The notes beneath the pieces were generated by a model that saw nothing but the letters and a program-made list of their open reading frames with translations, did not search any database and had not been told where the DNA came from. The position numbers were made by a program, and so were the translations under genes. From Candidatus Omnitrophota bacterium (GTDB lineage: Bacteria; Omnitrophota; Gorgyraeia; S143-82): a stretch of DNA of 64,000 nt. Shown in pieces: positions 1 to 11,055 of this stretch. The stretch is from the NCBI GenBank assembly GCA_015494465.1, contig WGBD01000011.1, positions 3,553 through 67,552 on the forward strand. The letters are read 5' to 3'. The first letter of the stretch is position 1, and each line of letters opens with the position of its first letter.

Positions 1-3000
1 GCCGACTCTATGGCCGGGCGGGCAAACTCTATCAGCTTGCGGTCAAGGACCCGATCTATCCCGTGATCCTGTGGTACCTGGCAGTAGACTCCCACCTCCG
101 GGGGAACCTCCGGCTTGTACAGTATCCTCGAAAAGTCAAGCCGTTTCGCCTTCCACGGCAGTATGGAACTGTCCACTTCCAGAAGGTCGGTCCTTCCCAC
201 CAGTTCGTCTATCGTCCTGACGCCCAACTGGGCCATCAACTCCCTTACCTCCTGGGCAACGAAGCGGAAGTAGTTCACCAGGTACTCCGGCCTCCCCCGG
301 AACCTCTTCTGAAGTATCTCGTCCTGCGTGGCCACGCCAACCGAGCAGTTGTTGAGGTGGCAGTGGCGGAGCATCACGCATCCCATCACTATCAGGGCTG
401 CGGTGCAGAAGCCGTACTCCTCTGCACCCAATATAGTAGCTATCACCACATCCCTTCCGGTGCGCATCTGACCGTCGGTCTGCAGTCTCACCCGGGAGCG
501 CAGGTCGTTCAAGACGAGTGTCTGATGGGTTTCGGAGAGGCCCAGCTCCCAAGGCAGACCTGCGTGCCTGATGGAACTTATCGGAGACGCACCGGTACCC
601 CCGTCACCACCGGATATGAGTATCATGTCCGCATGGCCCTTGGCCACACCTGCTGCGATGGTGCCGACACCTATCTCGGAGACGAGTTTCACGCTCACCC
701 GGGCGTCGGGATTGGTGTTCTTGAGGTCGAATATCAGCTGGGCCAGGTCCTCTATGGAGTATATGTCGTGATGGGGTGGTGGAGATATAAGGGTAACCCC
801 GGGGGTGGTATAACGGGTGCGGGCAATCACGACGCTTACCTTGTGTCCGGGCAACTGCCCACCCTCGCCGGGCTTTGCCCCTTGGGCGATCTTTATCTGC
901 ATCTCGTCGCTGTTGACGAGGTAATTGGTGGTTACCCCGAATCGACCCGAGGCCACCTGCTTCACCGCACTGCGGGCGGAATCCCCATTGGGGAGGGGAA
1001 CGAACCTCCTCGGATCCTCGCCTCCCTCACCGGTGTTGGACTTTCCCCCTATGCGGTTCATCGCGATCGCTATGCCCTCGTGCGCCCCCCGGCTGATGGA
1101 GCCAAAGCTCATCGCACCGGTGGCAAATCGCGTCATTATGCTCTCGATAGGCTCCACCTGATCTATAGGGATGGGCTTGGTCTTCTTAAACCTCAAAAGA
1201 CTGCGCAGGGTCGTCGGCTGGCGGGACTGATCGTTTATCATCTCTGCAAATTCCTTGTACTTCCCGTAGTCGTTCTTCCTGACCGCATCCTGCAGACTGG
1301 CGATGGTCATCGGATTCCAGAGGTGGAATTCGCCGTCTTTCTTCCACTGGTATATCCCGCCGGTTATCAGGTAGGGCAACTGCACTCCGTCGTCGGGAAA
1401 GCCCATCTTGTGCCTTCGGATGGTCTCCTCGCGAATAATCTCGAAGTCCACCCCGCCTATCCTGCTGACCGTGCCCGCAAAGCACCTGTCTATCACCTCA
1501 GGATGGACGCCCAAGGCCTCGAATATCTGGGCACCCCGATAGGACTGCAGGGTGGATATACCCATCTTGGAAAGTATCTTCAGTATCCCCTTGTCTATCG
1601 CCTTGCGGTAATTTTTTATTGCGGCCTCCAGACTGCCGACATCCAAGAGCCCTTCCCTCCACAGGTACTCCACTGCCTCGTAGGCAAGATAGGGATTTAT
1701 CGCGTCCGCACCGTATCCGAAAAGGACCGCAAAGTGATGGACCTCCCGGGGCTCTGCGCTCTCGACGACTATACCTATCTGCGTCCTCTTGGCCTTCCTG
1801 ACCAGGTGGTGGTGCACCGCACCCACCGCAAGGAGCATCGGCAGGGCTGCCTTGTCCTTGGATATTCCCCTGTCGGAGAGTATCACGAAGGAATAACCTT
1901 CCTCTATAGCCGATTCCGCCTCCTCACAGACCCTGTCCAACTGCCTAAGGAAGTCAGACTTGTCGTTTACATCGAACAGGACCGATATCGTCTTACAGCG
2001 GAAGCCCCTCTCGTCGATGTTGCGTATCTTCTCCAGCATCTCGTTGGTAAGTATGGGCTCCTTCAGATAAAGTTTATGGCAGTGCTGGGGAGTCTCTTCA
2101 AGGATGTTCTTCTGAGGGCCAATGAAACTGTCGAGGCTCATCACCACCTCTTCCCGGATCGGGTCGATCGCGGGATTGGTGACCTGAGCAAACAACTGCT
2201 TGAAGTACTCGTAGAGAAGTTTGGGCTGATTGGACAGGACCGCGTGAGGCGTATCGTTGCCCATAGAGCCTATCGGCTCCTTGCCGGTATCCGCCATAGG
2301 CTTGATGATAACCTTCAGGTCCTCGCGGGAGTATCCAAAGGCCCGCATGTCCCGCAACAGGTCATCGCTCGGGGATTGGGTCTTTTCGGGCTTCGGGAGT
2401 GAGTCTATGTCCACCAGCCACTCCTTCAACCACACCGAATAAGGCCTGCGGGAGGACATGGTCTCCTTTATCTCCTCGTCGTGGACTATCCGCCCCTCTT
2501 CGGTATCTATGTAGAACATCTTCCCCGGCTCCAGCCTGCCGGAGGTGAGTATCCGATCCGCGGGGATGTCCAGCACCCCCACCTCCGAGGCCATAACCAC
2601 GAAGTCGTCTTTGGTAACTATGTACCGCGCAGGCCTAAGGCCGTTTCTGTCCAAGACCGCCCCGACCCTCGTTCCGTCGGTAAAGGCAATCGCTGCCGGT
2701 CCGTCCCAAGGCTCCATAAGGCAGGCGTGGAACTTGTAAAAGTCGCGGAGTTTCTCGTCCATCAACTTGTTCTGCTCCCAGGCAGCGGGTATCAGCATAA
2801 GCATCGCCTCGGGCAGGGACCTGCCCGCAAGGACCAGCAACTCAAAGACATTGTCTATCGTGGCCGAATCACTCCCACCGGGCACTATAACCGGCTTTAT
2901 CTGCTCTATCGAATCGCCGAACAGCGGAGAGGAAAGCAGACCCTCTCGGGCCCTCATCCAGTTGATGTTCCCCCGGAGGGTGTTTATCTCCCCGTTGTGG

Positions 3001-3755
3001 GCCAGAAACCTGAACGGCTGGGCAAGGTCCCAGGTCGGGAAGGTGTTCGTGCTGTAGCGGGAGTGCACCAATACGATGGCACTTTTTATCTTGGGGTTCT
3101 TAAGGTCGACATAGAAGTTCTCCACCTGATGCGGCATCAACAACCCCTTAAAGGCAAATGTGCGTGAAGAGAGGTTGGTGATGTAGAAGAAACTCTTCTG
3201 GGTGATGTCGGAATCGCGGACTATGTTCTCTATCCGCTTGCGAATCACATAAAGCCTGCGCTCAAAGTCCAGTTGATCCTTTATCCCCTTTGATCTGCGG
3301 ATAAACACCTGCTCTATAACCGGCTCGGTCTCCTTTGCACCTTTACCTATATCCGAATCGTCGACCGGTACTTCCCTCCAGCCGAGGAGTTCCTGGCCTT
3401 CCTCTTTAACGACCCGGGAAAATACCCGCTTGCAAAATTCCCTTTCCTCCTTCTTCGTGGGCAGGAATACCATACCCGTACCGTAATGTCCCAACCCAGG
3501 CAAATCTATCCCCGCCTCCTCAGCAACCTCCAAGAAGAACTCGTGAGGGGTCTGGATCAGGATACCCGCCCCATCGCCGGTCTTGGGATCGGAACCGACC
3601 GCACCTCGATGGGCAAGCCTCTTAAGAACGGTGAGGGCAGACTGAATCAATTCGTTGGAGCGGTTTCCCTTCACATCGCAGAGGAAACCAACGCCACAGG
3701 CATCGTGCTCAAATCGGGGATCGTACAGTCCAACAGGCTTCAACGAATAACCCAT
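1..3755 (-). CDS. gltB: Glutamate synthase large subunit (3' end runs off the window)
   Basis: Not in the ORF track because there is no stop in the window. Minus-strand reading from ATG at 3755 gives [24 protein letters not shown] (propeptide plus catalytic Cys motif CGVGF). The motif [23 protein letters not shown] lies near 720-790. GGAGG SD upstream. Confidence 0.96.
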   Translation of the reverse strand, partial: MGYSLKPVGLYDPRFEHDACGVGFLCDVKGNRSNELIQSALTVLKRLAHRGAVGSDPKTGDGAGILIQTPHEFFLEVAEEAGIDLPGLGHYGTGMVFLPTKKEEREFCKRVFSRVVKEEGQELLGWREVPVDDSDIGKGAKETEPVIEQVFIRRSKGIKDQLDFERRLYVIRKRIENIVRDSDITQKSFFYITNLSSRTFAFKGLLMPHQVENFYVDLKNPKIKSAIVLVHSRYSTNTFPTWDLAQPFRFLAHNGEINTLRGNINWMRAREGLLSSPLFGDSIEQIKPVIVPGGSDSATIDNVFELLVLAGRSLPEAMLMLIPAAWEQNKLMDEKLRDFYKFHACLMEPWDGPAAIAFTDGTRVGAVLDRNGLRPARYIVTKDDFVVMASEVGVLDIPADRILTSGRLEPGKMFYIDTEEGRIVHDEEIKETMSSRRPYSVWLKEWLVDIDSLPKPEKTQSPSDDLLRDMRAFGYSREDLKVIIKPMADTGKEPIGSMGNDTPHAVLSNQPKLLYEYFKQLFAQVTNPAIDPIREEVVMSLDSFIGPQKNILEETPQHCHKLYLKEPILTNEMLEKIRNIDERGFRCKTISVLFDVNDKSDFLRQLDRVCEEAESAIEEGYSFVILSDRGISKDKAALPMLLAVGAVHHHLVRKAKRTQIGIVVESAEPREVHHFAVLFGYGADAINPYLAYEAVEYLWREGLLDVGSLEAAIKNYRKAIDKGILKILSKMGISTLQSYRGAQIFEALGVHPEVIDRCFAGTVSRIGGVDFEIIREETIRRHKMGFPDDGVQLPYLITGGIYQWKKDGEFHLWNPMTIASLQDAVRKNDYGKYKEFAEMINDQSRQPTTLRSLLRFKKTKPIPIDQVEPIESIMTRFATGAMSFGSISRGAHEGIAIAMNRIGGKSNTGEGGEDPRRFVPLPNGDSARSAVKQVASGRFGVTTNYLVNSDEMQIKIAQGAKPGEGGQLPGHKVSVVIARTRYTTPGVTLISPPPHHDIYSIEDLAQLIFDLKNTNPDARVSVKLVSEIGVGTIAAGVAKGHADMILISGGDGGTGASPISSIRHAGLPWELGLSETHQTLVLNDLRSRVRLQTDGQMRTGRDVVIATILGAEEYGFCTAALIVMGCVMLRHCHLNNCSVGVATQDEILQKRFRGRPEYLVNYFRFVAQEVRELMAQLGVRTIDELVGRTDLLEVDSSILPWKAKRLDFSRILYKPEVPPEVGVYCQVPQDHGIDRVLDRKLIEFARPAIES

Positions 3756-3796
3756 ATGCCTTTCCTTCCTCCAATAAAAGCCCAAAAACTTGGAAT

Positions 3797-3824
3797 ATTT
3801 TACGGATTCACTCCAAAATTGCAA
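3797..3824 (-). promoter_or_regulatory. Putative sigma70 promoter for gltB
   Basis: TTGCAA-16 nt-TAAAAT in an AT-rich intergenic region upstream of the gltB SD. Confidence 0.5.
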
Positions 3825-3866
3825 GGAAAATCTGGCCCTCCCGAGATGGAACCCAGCACCGTCGAC

Positions 3867-3892
3867 AAAAAAGCCCATCCTCTCGGATGGGC
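3867..3892 (-). terminator. Rho-independent terminator after the PEP-CTERM gene
   Basis: Minus strand GCCCATCC-GAGA-GGATGGGC followed by TTTTTT. Confidence 0.88.
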
Positions 3893-3922
3893 CTGCTTAG
3901 TCAGCGGAGGCACCTCACCAAT

Positions 3923-4708
3923 TCACCTGCGCCTTCTCAACAGGGCAATCCCGGCAAGGCCGAGGAGGTACAAACCAGAGGTGGCGGGTTCAGGGACGGT
4001 GGAAAGCGGTATCGGGGATCCGGTACCGCCCTTGCCCCAGTAATAGGTCCCCGTACCCGGATCCTTGGCAACGATTACCGCCGGGGATCCACCAGGACCC
4101 GCATTGTAAGCGAACATAAACGCATTTAAATGTTCGCCAGGGATAAGTCCTCCAACGCCACCATCGATACCGAAGCCAATAGCTGCCCAATAGTCAGGGA
4201 AAAGGGTCTCAAAGGTTTCACCCGCAAATATACCTGCCCAATCTGTGTCGGAGATAACATCATCGAAGTTCTCGGAGGTCAGCATAGTAGCACCCCACCC
4301 CTCTGGGGTTCCAGCAATCGGATCGCCATCGTCTCCGTAATATGCGCTTTCGTAGGCATCAGCACTTATCCCGACCCCAAAAGCAACGATGTTAAAAGGA
4401 GAGACATTTGTCACGCTGTAAGAAAGCACATGCACGATGGTCCCATCCTGTATGTCATCAGAAGCCACAAAAGGATCAAGGGCAGTTTCCAAGTAATGTC
4501 CCACCTCACTACACCCCGTTCCGGGATAGCAGAACAGATCCTCTCCATCCGGATGAACGAGCCAACCAATGTCATCTTTGTACTGAGCAATGTACAGATT
4601 CTCATCTACCACCGCAAAAGGTGCCACGACAAACCCAGCGGAGGCTATCCCTGCAGCCAACCAGGCGACTACTGCAAGCGCACCTAATACCTTTGCCACC
4701 ACCTTCAT
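3923..4708 (-). CDS. PEP-CTERM sorting domain surface protein
   Basis: N-terminal signal peptide (MKVVAKVLGALAVVAWLAAGIASA); C-terminal VPEPATSGLYLLGLAGIALLRRRR; GGAGGT SD. Confidence 0.92.
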   Translation of the reverse strand: MKVVAKVLGALAVVAWLAAGIASAGFVVAPFAVVDENLYIAQYKDDIGWLVHPDGEDLFCYPGTGCSEVGHYLETALDPFVASDDIQDGTIVHVLSYSVTNVSPFNIVAFGVGISADAYESAYYGDDGDPIAGTPEGWGATMLTSENFDDVISDTDWAGIFAGETFETLFPDYWAAIGFGIDGGVGGLIPGEHLNAFMFAYNAGPGGSPAVIVAKDPGTGTYYWGKGGTGSPIPLSTVPEPATSGLYLLGLAGIALLRRRR

Positions 4709-4800
4709 ATGAACACCTCCGTTTTATAAGGGTCCGTTCCAGTCATCATCCCCCTAAGACCACACAACCCGAAGGCATTATTCTAACCCAAAACAAATCT

Positions 4801-5742
4801 TTAAAAAAGAACTTTCTTTATCCCGTCTTTATCCTCAACGAAATCAGGCAGTTGCGTGCTTACTTTCAACGGTTCTCCGGTGATGGGATGGGGCAGTTCC
4901 ACGCGAAAGGCGTGGAGGCACATCCGCGGAGAGGGATCGTGCTTCCTCCCGTACTTTTTGTCTCCCACGATGGGCAGGCCAAGATATGACAGGTGGACGC
5001 GTATCTGATGTGTCCTGCCGGTTATGGGGTGCACCAGCAAGAGGGTCTTGTCTGGGTAACGCGCCAAGACCCCGTATTCGGTTATCGCGGGACGACTGGA
5101 TGGGCCAGTACCCACGCGAAAGAGGTCACGGTGTCTCGGGTGCCTCTCTATGGGAAGGTCTATCACATCCTCTTCGTATTCGGGGGAACCCCAGACCAGG
5201 GCAAGGTAGTCCTTTCTCACCTGCCTCCGCTCAAACATCCGGGAAAGCCTTGAGTGGGTGCGCCTGTCCTTTGCCACGAGCAGGACCCCAGATGTCTCCT
5301 TGTCCAACCTGTGCACTATCCCGGGTCGGTCCTTATCCCCCACCTCCGCTATCTCCTCTCCCACATACCCCAAAAGGGCATTGGCAAGCGTACCCGCCTT
5401 TACCCCTGCCCCGGGATGCACGACCATCCCCGCAGGCTTGTTCACCGCCAATAGATACTCGTCCTCGTAGAGTATCTCGAGCGGCACGGATTCGGGCAGG
5501 AGTTGGTTATCCTCGGGTCGGAGGGCCTCTTCCTCCCACTGAAAGAGCATCCCTGCCTCCAGTCTCAACGACGGGCGGAAGGGACGAAACCGACGCTGTC
5601 GGGGATCAAACACCTGTATTTGTCCCTGCTTAATCAGGTCCTTTATCCGCTCCCGAGACAACTCCGGGAAGATACCTGCAAAGAACCTGTCCGCCCGCTG
5701 ACCGGCCTCCTCCGGACCTATCGCAACCTTCTTGAGCGCCAC
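4801..5742 (-). CDS. rluD: RluA/RluD family 23S rRNA pseudouridine synthase with S4 domain
   Basis: NKPAGMVVHP, HRLDKETSG and TGRTHQIRVH motifs; start placed at GTG 5742 (uncertain). Confidence 0.9.
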   Translation of the reverse strand: MALKKVAIGPEEAGQRADRFFAGIFPELSRERIKDLIKQGQIQVFDPRQRRFRPFRPSLRLEAGMLFQWEEEALRPEDNQLLPESVPLEILYEDEYLLAVNKPAGMVVHPGAGVKAGTLANALLGYVGEEIAEVGDKDRPGIVHRLDKETSGVLLVAKDRRTHSRLSRMFERRQVRKDYLALVWGSPEYEEDVIDLPIERHPRHRDLFRVGTGPSSRPAITEYGVLARYPDKTLLLVHPITGRTHQIRVHLSYLGLPIVGDKKYGRKHDPSPRMCLHAFRVELPHPITGEPLKVSTQLPDFVEDKDGIKKVLF

Positions 5743-6461
5743 AACAGGAGCCCCCCGAAGACGATTAATCCCAAAGACACCCACTGGGAAAACCGCAGGT
5801 GCCACCAGACCGGAACCGGATCACCCCTCAGGAACTCTATCCCGAAACGCATTACACCGTAGAGGAGGAGATACCATCCCAAGACGATCCCTCTTCCCAC
5901 CCCGTAGATCCTGCGGACAATCGTCAATACCAGGAACGACAAAAAAAGGCCAAAACTTGAGAGGAGCTGGGTGGGTATCACCTTCAATCCAAGGGCCTTG
6001 AGGTATATTCCGAACTTCAGGGACAAGCGCCCGTAACAGCATCCGTGGAAGAAACAACCAATTCTGCCGAAGGCGTGTCCGATGGCAACGCAGGGGGCAA
6101 GCAGGTCGAGGTACTTCAAAACCGAAGCCTTCTTCCACCTCAAGTAAAATACCGAAAACACCACGGATGCTATAAGCCCTCCGTACCACACCCGCCCGGC
6201 AGAGAATACATTAATAAGGGAGATGAGCCCCTTATACTCCTCGGGGTACTGCAAGAGGTAGAGATAATGGGCGCAGACCAGCCCTATTATCACCGAATAG
6301 ACTATTAGTCTGTCCACCAATTCGACATCCAACCTGAATCTGCGTGCGGATAGGACACCGCAGGCCCAACCGACCGCCAGACCAACCGCGGCGAAGAGTC
6401 CGTAGGTGTATATCGTGATGGTGTGTCCGCCTATTGAGAACCTTGCAAGAATGGGGTGCAC
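5718..6461 (-). CDS. lgt: Prolipoprotein diacylglyceryl transferase
   Basis: MHPIL...TYG, WYGG, GRIGCFFHGCCYG and RFGIEFLRGD motifs; multiple TM segments. Confidence 0.92.
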   Translation of the reverse strand: MHPILARFSIGGHTITIYTYGLFAAVGLAVGWACGVLSARRFRLDVELVDRLIVYSVIIGLVCAHYLYLLQYPEEYKGLISLINVFSAGRVWYGGLIASVVFSVFYLRWKKASVLKYLDLLAPCVAIGHAFGRIGCFFHGCCYGRLSLKFGIYLKALGLKVIPTQLLSSFGLFLSFLVLTIVRRIYGVGRGIVLGWYLLLYGVMRFGIEFLRGDPVPVWWHLRFSQWVSLGLIVFGGLLLWRSRRLR

Positions 6462-7501
6462 TGGTCAAATACCTCCTCTACGCTCACCTCTTTGAGACAG
6501 GCGTAATCACGATGGCACTCAGGCATACGGAACCGACGATAACAGGGCTGACACTCCAAATCAGCGCTGACGAGCCTCACCTCCGCAGTAGAGTAGTGCG
6601 GGGCGTAGACCTCCCCGGGAACCGGGCCCAACACGATGACTACGGGCACGCCTAAAGCGGCGGCCATGTGCCCCGGTCCGCCCTCGTTGCAGACCACCAG
6701 AGACGACCTTGCCACCACCGAAAGGGACTCCCTCAGACTCAATCTGCCCCTCAAGTCAAAGCACCTCCGTCCCCGCAACAATGAGACCGGCAGGGAGAGG
6801 GCCTCCTTATCCTTTTCGTCTCCCAATACCATCACTATCAAGTCCCCTTCGAACCCCAGTAATCTCTCTATAAGAGCGAGGAACCTATCCCCCGGCCATT
6901 GCTTGCGAAAGCGCTGATTCCCCCAGCTCGCCCCTCCCCCGGGAAACACCGATACCACCCGCACATCCTCGTCGAATCCCAGATTGTAGACCAGATACTC
7001 CGCAAACCTCTTTTCCTCCTCGCTAAGGTATATCCTCGGAGGGAACTCGGCAGGATCCACCGGCGGATCGTCCGGGAAGAGGAGCGGATAAAGCCGGGCG
7101 TACTCCGCAGGGATGGGACGGGTGAACTCTTCCAGTCCTATCTTGCGGGTAAGGAAGGTCCCCCTTCCCGAGTAATCAAAGCCTACCCTCACCCTTATCC
7201 CTGCCAGCATAAGGAGGAAGCCGAGGTTTCGATTGAGGGTGAGGTCAAAGGCAACATCTGCCCGGGCCCGGCGGAGGGATAGGAAGAAACGGACCTGATC
7301 AAAGAACTTGCCCTTTAGTTTATCCCGGTCGTAGAGCAGGACCGAATCTATGTAAGGATTGTGCTCCAAGACTTGCGCAGAGCGGGAGTTAGTGACGAAG
7401 ACCACCTCATCGACGCGCTTTCGCTCCTTCAGGGCAGTTATGAGGGGAAGGGTGTTCAGGACATCCCCTATCCCGTAAGGGTTGAATACCAGCGCCTTCA
7501 A
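6431..7501 (-). CDS. Glycosyltransferase family 9 (ADP-heptose:LPS heptosyltransferase-like)
   Basis: GIGDVL, KQWP, NEGGPGHMAAALGVP and CQPC...C...CL motifs. Confidence 0.88.
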   Translation of the reverse strand: MKALVFNPYGIGDVLNTLPLITALKERKRVDEVVFVTNSRSAQVLEHNPYIDSVLLYDRDKLKGKFFDQVRFFLSLRRARADVAFDLTLNRNLGFLLMLAGIRVRVGFDYSGRGTFLTRKIGLEEFTRPIPAEYARLYPLLFPDDPPVDPAEFPPRIYLSEEEKRFAEYLVYNLGFDEDVRVVSVFPGGGASWGNQRFRKQWPGDRFLALIERLLGFEGDLIVMVLGDEKDKEALSLPVSLLRGRRCFDLRGRLSLRESLSVVARSSLVVCNEGGPGHMAAALGVPVVIVLGPVPGEVYAPHYSTAEVRLVSADLECQPCYRRFRMPECHRDYACLKEVSVEEVFDQCTPFLQGSQ

Positions 7502-7516
7502 ATCGTCTTACTCGGC

Positions 7517-7918
7517 CTACTTCTTATTCTCTTTGCTGGACTCTTTCTTGCCTTCCAGATCCTCAAACTTTGCGGTTATCACCGCCTCCGCAATGCGCTT
7601 ACCGGAGTCGTCGTAGGTATAACTGACCTCGATGTCGTCCCCGGGGTTTATCTCCTTCAGAGACGGGGAACCGAGGTATTCGGTGTTCTCGTTGACATAG
7701 ACCACGACGGTGGCGTCACGATCGTTTTCGAAGTCGTAATAGGATACTTCTATGGAGTTGTTCTTGACATCCACCGACTTGACTATCCCCATGACCCATT
7801 CCAAGGCTACAGGTTCCTGCTGATTGCCCGAGGCCTTTGTCCCCTCTTCCGCACACGAAACGAGTCCCCAAGACAGAGTCAAGACCAATACCAGAGCGAT
7901 TCCTGCTATACGCTTCAT
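7517..7918 (-). CDS. Exported or lipoprotein hypothetical protein with a small beta-barrel (OB-like) domain
   Basis: Signal peptide ending LVSC; G-x-V-x-x-V-D ... SLKEINPGDDIEVSY pattern; GGAGGTG SD. Confidence 0.7.
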   Translation of the reverse strand: MKRIAGIALVLVLTLSWGLVSCAEEGTKASGNQQEPVALEWVMGIVKSVDVKNNSIEVSYYDFENDRDATVVVYVNENTEYLGSPSLKEINPGDDIEVSYTYDDSGKRIAEAVITAKFEDLEGKKESSKENKK

Positions 7919-7943
7919 AACTCACCTCCCCACCTGTGCGACT

Positions 7944-9398
7944 TCATTCCAGATACGCCAGATCCATCTCCTTCACCGCCCGGACCTCGTCTGGCCTGCT
8001 GATCCGGGTCCTGTGCGGGGCAGACTTGAGGGCCTCCGCCGGAGTATCTATTATATCCCGAATGGCCTCCACTAAATAGTCCAAAGTAAACTTGGTCTCG
8101 GTCTCGGTCGGCTCTATCATCAGGGCCTCTTTCACTATCAACGGGAAGTACACCGTCGGGGGATGCACCCCCCTGTCTATCAGGGCCTTGGCTATGTCGA
8201 GCGCGGTTATCCCCTTCTCCTTCTTGAGTTGAGCAGCAGAGGCCACGAACTCGTGCATACACCAGCCCGAATAAGGAACATCTATCAGGTCTTTTAGTCG
8301 CTGTCTCAGGTAATTGGCGTTCAGGACTGCAACCTGTGACGCATACCTTATCCCCTCAAGGCCCAAGAGTCTGAGATAGATGTAGGCCTTTACCACCACC
8401 AGAAAGTTCCCTAAAAATGGGGCAATCTTGCCGATGCTGTTTGGGAGGTCCCAGTTGAGGTAGAACCCATCCGGTCCCCTCTCAACCAGAGGGACCGGCA
8501 GGAACTCCACCAGATCCTTCACCACGCCCACCGGCCCCGCTCCAGGCCCCCCCGAGCCGTGGGGAGTAGAAAAGCTCTTGTGCAGGTTCAGGTGGACTAT
8601 GTCAAAGCCGAGATCCGAAACCTTTACATTGCCCATCAAGGCGTTGAAGTTGGCCCCGTCGTAGTAGAGAAGCCCCCCTACTTCGTGCACCGCAGAGGCG
8701 ATGGCGTCTATCTCGGGATTGAACAAACCAAGGGTGTTAGGAGAGGTGAGCATAAGGCCCGCACAGTCCTCGGAGAGGTGCTCCTTCAGGGTCTTTAGTT
8801 CCAGATAACCCTTCTCGGTGGTGGGCAGATTGACGATCCGATATCCCCCAAGGGTGGCGCTGGCGGGGTTCGTGCCGTGGGCGGAATCCGGGACCAACAG
8901 ATAACTGCGCCTCTGGCCCCTTGCCTCGTGGTAGGCGCGAATAATCTTTACTCCACACAACTCCCCGTTGGCCCCGGCCATCGGCTGGAAGGTAAACCTC
9001 TCCATCCCGGTGAGGTCGCACAAAATCCTCTCCAGTTCCCAGAGTATCTGCAAGGCCCCCTGACAAAAGCGAGCCTGTCCTTCGCTGATCAGGTGGGGAT
9101 GCAGGTCGGTGAGGCGGACATCCCGCACGAGTGCCTCGTTCAACTTGGGATTGTACTTCATAGTGCAGGAACCGAGGGGATAGAAGTTCCCGTCAACGGA
9201 GAAGTTCTCCTGCGACAGGCCCGTGAAGTGGCGGACCACCGTTAACTCGTCGTGATCGGGGATAGGAAGGTCCTTTCTCAGCAGAGCGGGAGGGATCTCC
9301 ACAGAGTCTTCCCCTACATCCGGGAGATAATCCCTTGGCCTGCTCTCGGGGATGCAGAATATCAACTCCGTATGTGGCTTCTCAACGAGTCCTGCCAT
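7944..9398 (-). CDS. gcvPB: Glycine dehydrogenase (decarboxylating) subunit 2
   Basis: YPLGSCTMKYNP, PDSAHGTNPASA and HLNLHKSFSTPHGSGGPG (PLP Lys) motifs. Confidence 0.96.
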   Translation of the reverse strand: MAGLVEKPHTELIFCIPESRPRDYLPDVGEDSVEIPPALLRKDLPIPDHDELTVVRHFTGLSQENFSVDGNFYPLGSCTMKYNPKLNEALVRDVRLTDLHPHLISEGQARFCQGALQILWELERILCDLTGMERFTFQPMAGANGELCGVKIIRAYHEARGQRRSYLLVPDSAHGTNPASATLGGYRIVNLPTTEKGYLELKTLKEHLSEDCAGLMLTSPNTLGLFNPEIDAIASAVHEVGGLLYYDGANFNALMGNVKVSDLGFDIVHLNLHKSFSTPHGSGGPGAGPVGVVKDLVEFLPVPLVERGPDGFYLNWDLPNSIGKIAPFLGNFLVVVKAYIYLRLLGLEGIRYASQVAVLNANYLRQRLKDLIDVPYSGWCMHEFVASAAQLKKEKGITALDIAKALIDRGVHPPTVYFPLIVKEALMIEPTETETKFTLDYLVEAIRDIIDTPAEALKSAPHRTRISRPDEVRAVKEMDLAYLE

Positions 9399-10678
9399 CT
9401 CTTTATTAGGTCCTCTTCAACCGTCTCGGTTAGTGCCACCAGAAGATAATCCTTCCACTCCGGATTAAACCGCTCTAACCTCAGCCCGGGGATAAAGCCC
9501 CTTTCCAGGGCCCTGGAATAGAAACCGTCCAGATCAGGAATGCGCACCGCGAATTCGTTGAAGTAATCCCCAGTGACGACCTCCAATCCCAGAGCCTCGA
9601 CGAAGGAGCGCAGTGCCTTTGCCTTCAGGTGGCAGACGCGGGCCACCTTCCTCAACCCGCTACCGCCCATCAGGGAGAGATAAACCAGCGACTTAATCGC
9701 GCACAGGGACTCGTTGGAACAGACATTGGAAGTCGCCTTCTCCCTGCGGATATGCTGTTCCCGGGCCTGCAGGGTGAGGACATAACAGTCCCTGCCGTTC
9801 CTGTCCTTGGTCCGCCCCACTATCCTGCCGGGCATCTTTCGAACGAACTCCCTTCGGGTGGCCATTATCCCCAGATAGGGTCCACCGAAGTTGAGCCCCA
9901 ATCCCAAGGACTGTCCCTCTCCAACCGCTATGTCCACGCCCATCTCCCCGGGAGGCCGGAGTATCCCCAAGGAAATGGGATAGAAGATCTGTACCAGCAG
10001 TCCCCCAACTTCGTGCACCCCATCGGCAAATTCGGACAGGTCAAAGACATTTCCCAAGAAGTCGGGCATCTGCAATACCACCGCGGAGACCCTGCCATCT
10101 AAGGACTCCAAGATCTGCTCTCTGGGCATCAGGAGGAGTTCCACATCCAATCCGCTTAGATAGCTATTTAACATCCGCAGGTATATCGGATTGAGGAGTT
10201 CATCCACTACCACCGCCTTGCGGTTGGTTATCCTCAAGGACATCATTATCGCCTCAAAGACCGCCGATCCCCCGTCGTATACCGAGGCGTTGGCCACTTC
10301 CATAGCGGTGAGCCGGGCCATCATAGACTGATACTCGTAAAGTGCCTGCAAGGTGCCCTGGCTGGCCTCGGGCTGGTAGGGGGTGTAGGCGGCGTAGAAT
10401 TCTGCCCTGCCTGCCAGTTCGTTCAGTGCCTTGGGCACGAAGTGCCGGTAAAAGCCCCCGCCCACCAGACCGGGCAGGACCTTATTCCCTGAGAGGATGC
10501 GAGAGAACTCCCTCTCCATCTCCAATTCCGAGAGGGAATCGAACCCGGAGAAGGTCCCCGCAAACCTGTGGTCCACCACCTTCCAGTAAAGGCCTTCCAG
10601 ACTCTCCACCGACAGGGCCGAGAGCATTGCCCTGAGGTTTTCTTCGGTATGGGGAACGAAGTTATAGGCCTGCGACAT
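9362..10678 (-). CDS. gcvPA: Glycine dehydrogenase (decarboxylating) subunit 1
   Basis: [22 protein letters not shown] and [20 protein letters not shown] motifs. Confidence 0.96.
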   Translation of the reverse strand: MSQAYNFVPHTEENLRAMLSALSVESLEGLYWKVVDHRFAGTFSGFDSLSELEMEREFSRILSGNKVLPGLVGGGFYRHFVPKALNELAGRAEFYAAYTPYQPEASQGTLQALYEYQSMMARLTAMEVANASVYDGGSAVFEAIMMSLRITNRKAVVVDELLNPIYLRMLNSYLSGLDVELLLMPREQILESLDGRVSAVVLQMPDFLGNVFDLSEFADGVHEVGGLLVQIFYPISLGILRPPGEMGVDIAVGEGQSLGLGLNFGGPYLGIMATRREFVRKMPGRIVGRTKDRNGRDCYVLTLQAREQHIRREKATSNVCSNESLCAIKSLVYLSLMGGSGLRKVARVCHLKAKALRSFVEALGLEVVTGDYFNEFAVRIPDLDGFYSRALERGFIPGLRLERFNPEWKDYLLVALTETVEEDLIKRWQDSLRSHIRS

Positions 10679-11045
10679 ACTCCTTATACGCCTCGGGGCT
10701 GAGGAGAGAGGAGAGTTCCTCCTGATTGCTCATCTTCACCTTAAAGAACCAGCCCTCGTCGTAAGGGCTCTTGTTTACCAGTTCCGGGGAATCAGATATC
10801 GCCTGATTAATCTCTATCACCTCACCGGATACCGGGCTGTACACATCGCTGGCGGACTTAACCGACTCCACCACCGCAGTCGCCTCCCCCGCGGACACCA
10901 CCCTACCCACCTCCGGCAGTTCGACGAACACCACATCCCCCAGACTCTCTTGAGCGTAATCGGTTATACCGACGGTGGCGATATCGCCTTCGACCTTCAC
11001 CCACTCGTGTTCCTTGCTGTACAAGAGTCCCTCTCTAACCTCCAT
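10662..11045 (-). CDS. gcvH: Glycine cleavage system H protein
   Basis: YSKEHEW, GITDYAQ and [13 protein letters not shown] (lipoyl Lys) motifs. Confidence 0.97.
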   Translation of the reverse strand: MEVREGLLYSKEHEWVKVEGDIATVGITDYAQESLGDVVFVELPEVGRVVSAGEATAVVESVKSASDVYSPVSGEVIEINQAISDSPELVNKSPYDEGWFFKVKMSNQEELSSLLSPEAYKEYVAGL

Positions 11046-11055
11046 CTTGCACCTC

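Noticed and set aside
63-2402. 779-aa plus-strand ORF (and 2481-3167)
   Set aside because: Antisense shadow of gltB; His/Pro/Leu/Val-rich composition typical of reverse-frame reading and no recognisable motifs
3797-3819. Imperfect inverted repeat in the gltB promoter (ATTTTACGGA...TCCAAAAT)
   Set aside because: Needs a 2-nt bulge and lies in AT-rich sequence; no match to a nitrogen-regulator box that I can support
4720-4745. Possible sigma54 promoter (TGGAAC) upstream of the PEP-CTERM gene
   Set aside because: No TTGC -12 element at the required spacing
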